64,000 nucleotides of DNA from a virus (Duplodnaviria; Heunggongvirae; Uroviricota; Caudoviricetes), in IMG/VR virus record IMGVR_UViG_3300027721_000010, positions 31,003 to 95,002 of that record; one strand, given 5' to 3'. Below are positions 1-8,634 of the stretch, in pieces. The notes below the pieces were generated by a model that did no database searches, had not been told where the DNA came from, and saw only the letters and a list, made by a program, of their open reading frames with translations. Each line of letters opens with the position of its first letter. The stretch's first letter is position 1. The position numbers and the translations under genes were made by a program.

Positions 1-2524
1 TTCCACTCGTACCTGATGTTCCATTGGTTCCGTTTATCCCACTAGTACCACTTGTGCCCGTAGTGCCTGAAGTGCCATTAGTTCCGTTCACTCCACTGGT
101 GCCACTTGTTCCACTTAATCCACTAGAACCACTTGTTCCACTTGTGCCGCTTACACCTGATGAGCCAGAAGTTCCGCTTGTTCCTGTAGTACCACTTGTA
201 CCACTCACTCCAGAAGTCCCGCTAGTACCAGAAGTCCCATTAACACCAGATGTGCCATTCACACCACTAGTACCACTACTACCTGAAGTACCTGTAGTTC
301 CAGAGGTACCATTATTTCCTGAAGTGCCTGAGCTTCCGCTAGTTCCAGTGGTGCCTGATGACCCTGAGGTGGCTGATGTACCAGAGGTACCAGAGGTAGC
401 AGAAGTTCCGCTACTTCCTGATGTACCAGTGGTACCTGAAGTGCCTGAAGATCCTGATACTCCTGAGCTTCCAGAAGACCCACTGGTTCCAGTGGTACCA
501 GATGTACCCGATGTACTAGAAGAACCAGAGCTTCCTGATGTTCCACTTGTTCCATTCACCCCACTAGTACCTGAGGTACCAGAAGGAGGGGTGAATGTTG
601 TTTGGGCATAGGAATAGTTACTTGTTCCTTCTGTATAGAAGGTGATGTTTTGACTTCCGCCCCCTGTATGCTCAGCATAGATTTGGCAATAAAGCCTGTC
701 TGTAGCAAGTATTGCTGTAGAAGGAAGGAACAAGTCTGTAAAAAATTCCTTTAGAATATTAATGGTCAAAGGTTCGCTATCAAGATTAGTGGTTCCTAAG
801 AGTACCACACTTCCACCTGTGGAGTCACACTTATAAAACTCCACATCCACCTTTACGGTGACAGTAGCATCTATTGAGAAGTGTGTCACCCATGTCCATA
901 GACCAGAAGGCAATTGTGTCACTCCTGGTACATTTGAGTCTGTAGCATATGTAGCAATCAGTGTTCTTGTGCTGCCTGCAACGCTTGTTACCACTGTTTG
1001 TTCTGCTCCACCTGTAGGTGTACCAGACCATTGTTTATATGTAGGAGTGCCTATTGCACTACTAGTATTTACTGATTGGTTAAGATAGTACACAAGTCCA
1101 CCAGATACACCATTTTGACCTGATGTACCGCTAGTACCCGTTGTACCTGATGTACCTGTAGTCCCACTTGTTCCTGTGGTTCCCGAAGATCCAGAAGATC
1201 CACTTGAACCACTACTTCCAGAAGTTCCAGTGGTGCCAGATGAACCACTAGTACCACTCACACCTGAGCTACCGCTAGTTCCTGTTGTTCCACTGCTTCC
1301 TGAAGTTGCGCTTGTTCCTGATGTACCAGATGAACCAGCTGTTCCAGAGCTTCCTGAAGTGCCTGATGTTCCATTTATTCCACTAGATCCTGACGATCCA
1401 CTTGTACCAGAAGTTCCTCCTGTACCATCTGTGCCACTACTGCCACTAGATCCACTGCTACCAGAAGACCCACTAGAACCAGAGGTTCCTGTGGTGCCGC
1501 TAGTGCCTGAAGTTCCAGTGGTACCACTAGAACCTGAAGATCCTGAGGAACCACTGCTTCCACTTGTACCATCTATACCTGACGAACCCGATGTTCCAGA
1601 AGTGCCTGTACTACCTGAGGTACCTGATGTTCCTCCCGAACCACTACTACCACTAGTTCCTGAACTTCCTGAGGTGGCGCTAGTACCAGAAGTACCAGAC
1701 GTTGCTGACGTACCACTAGATCCTGATGTTCCACTATTACCGCTAGAGCCAGATGTACCAGATGTACCGCCTGTTCCATCAGTACCTGATGTACCAGAAG
1801 AACCTGCTGAACCAGATGTGCCACTGCTACCAGATGTACCATCCACTCCAGAAGTGCCCGAAGAACCACTAGTACCCGTAGTACCACTGCTTCCAGAGGA
1901 ACCTGAAGATCCACTTGAGCCTGACAAACCAGATGAACCACTAGTTCCAGAAGAACCCGTTAATCCACTACTACCAGAAGTACCAGATGTACCACCCGAG
2001 CCAGAGCTTCCGCTAGTACCACTTGTGCCACTTGTTGCACTTGTACCAGAGGTACCTGTCGTTCCACTTGTACCAGCTGAACCTGAAGTTCCACTAGAAC
2101 CACTAGTCCCAGTGGTACCACTTGTTCCATTAGTACCATCTATTCCACTAGTACCCGATGTACCTGTTGTTCCTGATGTACCACTAGAGCCACTTGTGCC
2201 ACTACTTCCACTTGTTCCTGTAGTGCCAGAAGTACCAGATGTGGCAGATGTGCCGCTGGTACCGCTCGTACCATTTGTACCAGACAATCCAGACGATCCT
2301 GAAGTTCCTGCTGTTGCAGAAGTTCCTGAAGAACCAGAACTTCCTGAAGTCCCTGTACTGCCACTAGATCCCGAGGTGCCAGATGTTCCTGAAGTGCCAG
2401 AACTTCCACTTGACCCAGACGTTCCACTAGTTCCACTGCTACCTGCAGAACCAGAAGAACCTGTTATTCCGCTGGTACCAGAGGTTCCAGAGGTTCCCGA
2501 TGTACCAGAACTTCCTGCAAGACC
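1..2524 (-). CDS. Collagen-like Gly-X-Y repeat region of a tail fibre. The repeats are (G-T/S-S/T)n and are interrupted by a roughly 190-aa globular insert that maps to plus-strand 611 to 1176. The frame has no in-frame ATG, is open from the TAA at 2525-2527 to beyond the window start, and is probably joined to the 2464..3033 N-terminal domain by a -1 frameshift.
   Basis: I translated the minus strand by hand. The frame is open for more than 2.5 kb, including the non-repetitive 611-1176 segment where repeat composition alone would not keep a frame open, and Gly falls at every third residue. The plus-strand PxV ORFs (24..611, 1176..2594) are its mirror image and break at the non-repeat segment. 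The whole surrounding 52 kb is minus-strand coding. Confidence 0.5.
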
Positions 2525-3033
2525 ATTAGCAAAAGCATCCTCTATCTTCTCAATGACCACCTGGAGGTTGTCATTGGTATTAATCTTTGTATAGATTAAA
2601 TTGGGTCCTTCATAAAACACACAAGTTGCGTTCAATATGATAGGGCATGGATTAGCTGCACATATTACAGGCGCACATGTGAAATCAGAATTGCATTGGT
2701 TATTACCAAACAGCTTAGATATAAAAGGTTGATCAGGGTCAGTGGGTGTCTCAGCTACAACTACGTTAGAGAAGACTGTACTATTTAATATATCTTCGTT
2801 ATAATTTATAGACGTACTTACAGGATCAGGAGTATGATACTGAACGCTATTATACAGTTTAGACAAAAAAGAAGGCTTACCAGCTGATGTATCAACTGGT
2901 TCAGATAACGTTGACCCCTCAATAGGAAGAGGGGAACAGCTTTCTAAAAAGTCTGGTGTATGGGGAACAGCTTCACCTGATGTACCAGATGAACCTGAAC
3001 TTCCATAACTTAGTATATTAGGAAGTACGTTCA
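2464..3033 (-). CDS. N-terminal domain ORF of the fibre: ATG at 3033, 189 codons, stop TAA at 2464-2466. Residues about 125 to 170 ([49 protein letters not shown]) are homologous to the N-terminus of the adjacent 131-aa protein. The last 18 codons look like out-of-frame read-through of the collagen region.
   Basis: Hand translation from the ATG at 3033. This ORF is missing from the ORF track because it is shorter than the threshold once the frame change is taken into account. The motif shared with the 3043..3438 protein supports a real protein domain. Confidence 0.5.
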
Positions 3034-3042
3034 TGTCTTAAA

Positions 3043-3438
3043 TTAGTGTACGATTTTCAATACGTCACCTGTACGGTAAACTTGACCTGCAAGCAGACCG
3101 CCTGTAATAGCAGCAGCATTGTCAGCATATTCAGGAGCCCCTGTATAGGGAACAGACAAGACAATTCTCCAATCCAAGGCACCTGTGCCTGTGGTTTGGG
3201 CATAGTAAAGATTCTTAGCCCCACTAGTTCTTACAAAAAGTTGGCCTAGATAGGTGCCAGCAATGGTGGGAGCTCCAGTTCCAGATTTGGGAACTAGGTT
3301 ATTGTTTATCTTACCAAGTGCAACCTCCAGAGAATCAAGGGGGTTGATGTCAGCATTGGCAAGATAGGGACCATTGTAGAGTACGCACAGAGCGTTCTCA
3401 TAGGTGGCACAGGTTGGGCAAATTGCAGCAGTACGCAT
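3043..3438 (-). CDS. Small 131-aa fibre-associated protein. Its N-terminal Cys motif (CPTCATYENALCVLYNGPYLANADINPLDSLEVALGKIN) is shared with the downstream collagen-like fibre, so it could be an anchor or adaptor domain or a short fibre.
   Basis: ORF with an ATG start, tightly spaced in the minus-strand operon, and the motif shared with the neighbouring gene. Confidence 0.5.
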   Translation of the reverse strand: MRTAAICPTCATYENALCVLYNGPYLANADINPLDSLEVALGKINNNLVPKSGTGAPTIAGTYLGQLFVRTSGAKNLYYAQTTGTGALDWRIVLSVPYTGAPEYADNAAAITGGLLAGQVYRTGDVLKIVH

Positions 3439-3514
3439 ATTAGCAAAATTAGTTGTTAGTAATGTATTTTCAATGAGTTATAAGCAAATAGATAGCATAA
3501 TATAGCTATCCCAT

Positions 3515-4156
3515 CTATCTAATTCCTGACTGGGAAGGCATTCTGATTCCCAGGTCCTTGGCGGTCTCAGGAGAGAACATTGGAAGAAGCTGAGCTCCCT
3601 GGCTGGTAATGGGAAAAGACTTCATTAAATACTTAATGACGTAGTTCTTTTCTACCAGTTCCTCATCTCCTATGGCCAACCCGTACATCTCCTTTCCAAA
3701 GTTGGTAAGGGTTTTCTTGTAGTTTTCTATAAGTCCCAAGGATGGGAAAATACCCTGAGACACTAGGTTGAATATATTGGTAGGATTGTAGAAGTAGGCA
3801 ATCTCATCTGTGAACTTATCCGTAGCCTTGAGCATGAACTTCCATCTGTTTCTTACAATTGGGTCCTCATCCTCGTCAGGCATATTTGCCTTGAGTCCAA
3901 AGTAGATAGCCAAGAGACCTAGGAAGATAAGCAAGTCTAACATCTGGTTTTTCATGTTGGCTCTAACCAAGCTAATGAATTCATCCTCAGTCATTTCCAA
4001 CTCCTTACCAGTGTCTTTTTCGTAGTCCGCTTTCTTTTGTTCATAAAGCTGACGGATCTGTTGAACAAACTTATCATCGTTGCCAAGAATAGCACTCTTG
4101 AGGCTATCCAAAGCATTAATAGTATCTGTAGCTACGAATCTAAACAGCATTCTCAT
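3515..4156 (-). CDS. Hypothetical protein of 213 aa with one predicted TM or hydrophobic segment (LLIFLGLLAIYFGL).
   Basis: ORF with an ATG start, and operon context. Confidence 0.45.
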   Translation of the reverse strand: MRMLFRFVATDTINALDSLKSAILGNDDKFVQQIRQLYEQKKADYEKDTGKELEMTEDEFISLVRANMKNQMLDLLIFLGLLAIYFGLKANMPDEDEDPIVRNRWKFMLKATDKFTDEIAYFYNPTNIFNLVSQGIFPSLGLIENYKKTLTNFGKEMYGLAIGDEELVEKNYVIKYLMKSFPITSQGAQLLPMFSPETAKDLGIRMPSQSGIR

Positions 4157-4165
4157 TATACCACA

Positions 4166-7100
4166 CTAATAGGCATCTGAGGCAGAGTTGTATTTTAAGT
4201 TACCAAAACGTACGTCAATCAAACGAGGAATCCAGTTCTTGAACACCATGAATGAGTTGCTGTATACATTGAGGTTGATGAGACGCTTGTTAGCCTCAGA
4301 CATGTTACCCAGAGCATCTGCTGTAACTTGTTGCACCTTCCTTCTGAGCTCAACAACACTTTCAGACTTCTGTTCTACGCCAGGGATGGTGAACTGATCT
4401 CCTTCAATTTTAGCAAGTTTCAACACACCCTTCTCTTCAATCAGCTTCTGTACATCCTGTTCAAACTTATCAGCCCTAGCCTTTCTTTCTTCTCTAGTTC
4501 CGTCGTACATCTTGTTGAGGTATTCAGGTTGCTTTCTCAAATACTCTCTAGCGTTAACCACCTCACCATTAACCACTACGCTGTTCTCAAGGAAGGCATA
4601 GAAGTTAACAGCCTGTACAGCACGGTCAGACTTTCTCATCAATATCATGAGCCAGTCTTGTATACTCTCTTGACTCATCTTGCTGAGAGACAAGTCTTTA
4701 GCTAAGTCTCTATTGTAATTTTCTGTAAAAGGCATGAAGAAGTTCATAGCTGCTACATACTTCTTAGCATCTTCTCCTCCAAGTTTATTCCACAAGAGCT
4801 TACCCTCAGCCTTTACAAAGTCAGATTTAGTAAAATACTTACCTGAGTTGATCAAGGATTGTGTAGTACCACCAAACAAGTTGGACATGGATGATAGAAC
4901 GTTCAAGCCCAGAGCCTGCAGTTGGAAGGTGGTATTCAGAGCATCGATGCTCTTGTTCATACTAATTTGTCTTCCACCCAATCCTTCAGGCATCAACTTA
5001 AATCCAAGCGTTTTGTTTATCTTTTCTCCTACACCACCAATCTTTCCAAGCACGCTATCAAATGTATCACTCTCAATAAACTTCTGTTGATAGATGATTG
5101 CCTTGGTCATATTCTCTATGATTTGGGCATTCTCACTATTGTCAGGATTATATTGAAGTTCACCATCTTTATATTCTGTCTTTCCCCAGAAAGATGAGGC
5201 GATTGATCTTTTGTTTCTTTCAAGTCTATTTAATGCAAGTGCTTGATCTTCAATGTCACTGAGGTATTTATATCTTAGAGCAAACTCATTATACAGAGCT
5301 ATTGTACGGAATAAATCCGTACTCACCTCACTATCCAGCTCTCTGGTAAAATAGATAGGAATTCTATCCACCAACTTACCGCTGATAGGATCACGCTGTC
5401 CATACCCCACATCACCCTCATCAATAGATATCGTCCTGAGGAACTGCTCACCTATAGTGACATTACCACCAAGGGCTAGTTTCTCTGTCAGTCCTTTTCT
5501 CACCCAAGGCAAGAACACTCTAGACTGCTTAGCATTGATGTATCCAATATCTCTGTACATCTCGTTTCTCTCACGGATGTAGTTATAGAAATCAATGGCT
5601 GGTTGGTTAACAAACTTACCAGAAGCATCCTTCTTTGTGAGCTCCTTCCATTCTTTAGACTCCCAAGTTTCCTTATTAGGAAACTGTTTCACCTCATCGT
5701 ACAACAGCCATCCCAAGGACTGGTCTGTACTAACATTGTATAGCTCCTTTGCTCTTCTCAATTCATTCTTAATCTGGCTAGCAATATCTTCTTCTGTACC
5801 AATGCGAGGTTTATCAAATATACGTGCCTCTTCCTCAGTTAGTTTCTTACGTAGGTGTTCAGCATAAGCAGCCCTATCTACATTCTCTCTAATCCACTTA
5901 TAGTCCTTTTGGTCTATAGCAGAGTTGAGTCTTGAATAGAACTGAGGATTAAACTCATCAATCAATTGATTCTTATCTCTGATGGCATTCTGATAGCGCT
6001 CCTCAATCTTCTCCACCTCCTGCTTGTATGACTCATCAGTGAGCTCAGGTTTCATCTTGTTGAGCTCATCCATTTCAGCTTTCTTGCGAAGCTCAGCTTC
6101 CTTCTGATATGAATCAGCTTTCTTTCTAATGATGTCAAAGTAGTTCTTAGCAGTGAGACCTTTTGATCTAGCCCATGCATCATATCTTTTCTTTATCTCG
6201 AGGAGCTTTCTGCTTTCTGCAGCTGTGTCCATACCTGCATAAGTGAATGCGCGGTTGGCTTTTCTAAACAGAACACTTGCAGCTTTAAGCTGTATAGTGG
6301 CTGTGCTACTAAACCATTTACTCACTCCTCTTACAGACTTCTCTCCTTCCTTAGCTCCCTTCACCTTTTCAGACATTGCAATGAAGTCATTGGTAAAGCT
6401 CTTATCAAGACGTAACAGTCTGGATCTCAAGAGCTTAGCTTCAGCACTAGCTTTATAGATTTCGTTCTTAACATCCTCAGTAGCTTTATCAAGCGTACCT
6501 CTGAACAGGAAGTCAAGTTCTGTAGCTAAGTCAGAATACGTATCTAGTGCATCCAATCCATCATCTATTTCTTTTGTAAATGCACTACGCTCTTCTTCTG
6601 TAAAGCTTTCAGGATCTTTGCCCTTGAACTTCTCATCAAACTTGGTGAATATATCGTTGATCTGTTTGTTGATTATACGAGCCTGATAGACAAGAGCTTT
6701 AGCATCTCTTCTCATTTGAAGATGACGTATAGCTGTATACAGAGAGTTAAGCTGTTCAGCCTTGCTCAGTTTCTCACCAGGCACCACCTTTCTCTCAGAC
6801 ATTCTCTTGTAGATGCTATTGAGTTTAGTCAACAGATCATCAAGCTCTTCTTCTCCTGTAGCTTCTTCCTCTAGACCAACAGGAAGCAGGTAATCTTCCT
6901 GGATGTTCTTTATGTCTACATCTCCAATCTTTATGCTAGAAAGACGTGGTAGGATTTCCTTTTTGTAGTCAGCTTCTGTATACACAGCCTGAATAGGAAT
7001 CATCCTGGTCTGGTCAAACTGCTCCTCCTTAATACCATATGCTGTTTTGAGGATCAACTTGTACTGGTTCATTTGTGTACGCCATGCGTTCACCTTGTAC

Positions 7101-8629
7101 CAAGGAATGTCCTCATACTTGTTTGTATTGAGGTTAGTAAACTTCCAGTCAAGTATGTTCACCTTACCATCTTCCGTAATAGCAATGAAGTCAATTGTAC
7201 CAGCAATACCACCCCCTGCTCTTTTAGCATCATACACCACAGCCTCAGAAAGGAATCTTGCATTAGGACCAAATGAGTCCAGACGCTTCTTCAGGTTGTC
7301 TCTAAGGATGGTGTAATACTTACGGTCCTGATTGTTTAGCTGAGAAATGTAAGCATCATCATTCAGCGGCTCAGGTCTCATCAATCCTGTCTGAGGATCA
7401 ACATATACACTAAATGCGTATTCCAAATCAGCGTGTCCAGCTGTACCCTTATCAGCCTTCATGGCATCAATAGCCTTCTGGAACTCTGTATCTGTCAGCT
7501 TCTTCTCTCTAAATCTATACTCATACCAATCGTTAACAAGATCTGTTACACGCCTGGGAACCTTTTTACCATTCACATAGTAACCATCTCCACGCTTCTC
7601 AACAGCCATGGAGCCGCTCTTGATGGTGTTAAATATCTGTTCCTGCTTAGATTGTTGCAAGAACACCTCGTTCTCATTAGCACGGACGTCATCAACTGTA
7701 CCAATTTCTTTTCCAGAGATGATGTCCATAGCTGCCTGGTCAAATCCACTTCTAGAGAACAGCCCTTTGAGCCACTCTAGAATTTGAGCCCACCAACCTT
7801 GCACCTTAGCCAGTTTCTCAGCGCTCTCTTTATTATTCTCACCCTGGTAGATGATAGTTTCAGAAAGCACCTTGGCAATAGCCTCATCCTTGATCTTCAG
7901 TACATTAGGTTTACCATCTTCGGTTTGATATAAAGGATTGTTGCTATACTCAGCAAACGTATCTCTCAATATCTGATAGCTATTAATCTCACTGAGTAGT
8001 CTTTGATAGAGCTTAGGATTGGTCTGCTTAATGATCTCTACAGCAAAGTGCATGGCTTCTTCAGGAAGAGCTCTGCTCTCCATACCATTCACCACCTGTA
8101 TAAGCTTCTGTGTAACAATGGCTGCAGCGTTAGCATCCATCTTAACACCATTAACAATGATGTTATCCACTCCCTTTATATTCACACCAATACGACCAAG
8201 GAAATCCTTGATCATCTTGATGGTTCTGGGGGATGCGTTAGAGGATACAGTGCCTCCACGCAGTTGAAACAATGTTCCCTGCTCAGGCTTTTGTAACTTG
8301 CTCCATTCTCCTTGTGCCAGTGGGTGCACATTAACTAGCACCTTTTTGTTATTACCAGCTTTTGTGAATGCGCTCTTGATTAAATTCTGACCCTGAGGAA
8401 CTTCATACTTAGCGTTTAGCTCAGCAATGAAGTTGATTTGCTTTTGGTTTTGGTCTGTTCCTATTTTAGAGAATAGGTAAGTGGCAGTTTCACCATCTCC
8501 ATACTTTCTGAATAGGTTAGACTTTTCTATATCTTTCCAAATAGCCTCATACTTGTCCGTGAGTTTATCAGCCAACTCAGGATAGTTCTTGCGGTATTCT
8601 TGTTCAATATACTTTACTCTACAGGCCAT
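4166..8629 (-). CDS. Large virion-associated protein of 1487 aa, candidate ejected or cargo protein. No motif recognised.
   Basis: Uninterrupted 4.4-kb ORF that directly follows the giant 4258-aa gene, with a 5-nt gap. Confidence 0.6.
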   Translation of the reverse strand: MACRVKYIEQEYRKNYPELADKLTDKYEAIWKDIEKSNLFRKYGDGETATYLFSKIGTDQNQKQINFIAELNAKYEVPQGQNLIKSAFTKAGNNKKVLVNVHPLAQGEWSKLQKPEQGTLFQLRGGTVSSNASPRTIKMIKDFLGRIGVNIKGVDNIIVNGVKMDANAAAIVTQKLIQVVNGMESRALPEEAMHFAVEIIKQTNPKLYQRLLSEINSYQILRDTFAEYSNNPLYQTEDGKPNVLKIKDEAIAKVLSETIIYQGENNKESAEKLAKVQGWWAQILEWLKGLFSRSGFDQAAMDIISGKEIGTVDDVRANENEVFLQQSKQEQIFNTIKSGSMAVEKRGDGYYVNGKKVPRRVTDLVNDWYEYRFREKKLTDTEFQKAIDAMKADKGTAGHADLEYAFSVYVDPQTGLMRPEPLNDDAYISQLNNQDRKYYTILRDNLKKRLDSFGPNARFLSEAVVYDAKRAGGGIAGTIDFIAITEDGKVNILDWKFTNLNTNKYEDIPWYKVNAWRTQMNQYKLILKTAYGIKEEQFDQTRMIPIQAVYTEADYKKEILPRLSSIKIGDVDIKNIQEDYLLPVGLEEEATGEEELDDLLTKLNSIYKRMSERKVVPGEKLSKAEQLNSLYTAIRHLQMRRDAKALVYQARIINKQINDIFTKFDEKFKGKDPESFTEEERSAFTKEIDDGLDALDTYSDLATELDFLFRGTLDKATEDVKNEIYKASAEAKLLRSRLLRLDKSFTNDFIAMSEKVKGAKEGEKSVRGVSKWFSSTATIQLKAASVLFRKANRAFTYAGMDTAAESRKLLEIKKRYDAWARSKGLTAKNYFDIIRKKADSYQKEAELRKKAEMDELNKMKPELTDESYKQEVEKIEERYQNAIRDKNQLIDEFNPQFYSRLNSAIDQKDYKWIRENVDRAAYAEHLRKKLTEEEARIFDKPRIGTEEDIASQIKNELRRAKELYNVSTDQSLGWLLYDEVKQFPNKETWESKEWKELTKKDASGKFVNQPAIDFYNYIRERNEMYRDIGYINAKQSRVFLPWVRKGLTEKLALGGNVTIGEQFLRTISIDEGDVGYGQRDPISGKLVDRIPIYFTRELDSEVSTDLFRTIALYNEFALRYKYLSDIEDQALALNRLERNKRSIASSFWGKTEYKDGELQYNPDNSENAQIIENMTKAIIYQQKFIESDTFDSVLGKIGGVGEKINKTLGFKLMPEGLGGRQISMNKSIDALNTTFQLQALGLNVLSSMSNLFGGTTQSLINSGKYFTKSDFVKAEGKLLWNKLGGEDAKKYVAAMNFFMPFTENYNRDLAKDLSLSKMSQESIQDWLMILMRKSDRAVQAVNFYAFLENSVVVNGEVVNAREYLRKQPEYLNKMYDGTREERKARADKFEQDVQKLIEEKGVLKLAKIEGDQFTIPGVEQKSESVVELRRKVQQVTADALGNMSEANKRLINLNVYSNSFMVFKNWIPRLIDVRFGNLKYNSASDAY

Positions 8630-8634
8630 ATTAA

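Noticed and set aside
24-2594. Plus-strand ORFs 24..611 and 1176..2594, which are Pro-periodic PxV/PxL, and the antisense ORFs 259..555, 1375..1941 and 2140..2436.
   Set aside because: They are mirror images of the minus-strand Gly-X-Y collagen-like gene, and they break at the non-repetitive insert where the minus frame stays open.
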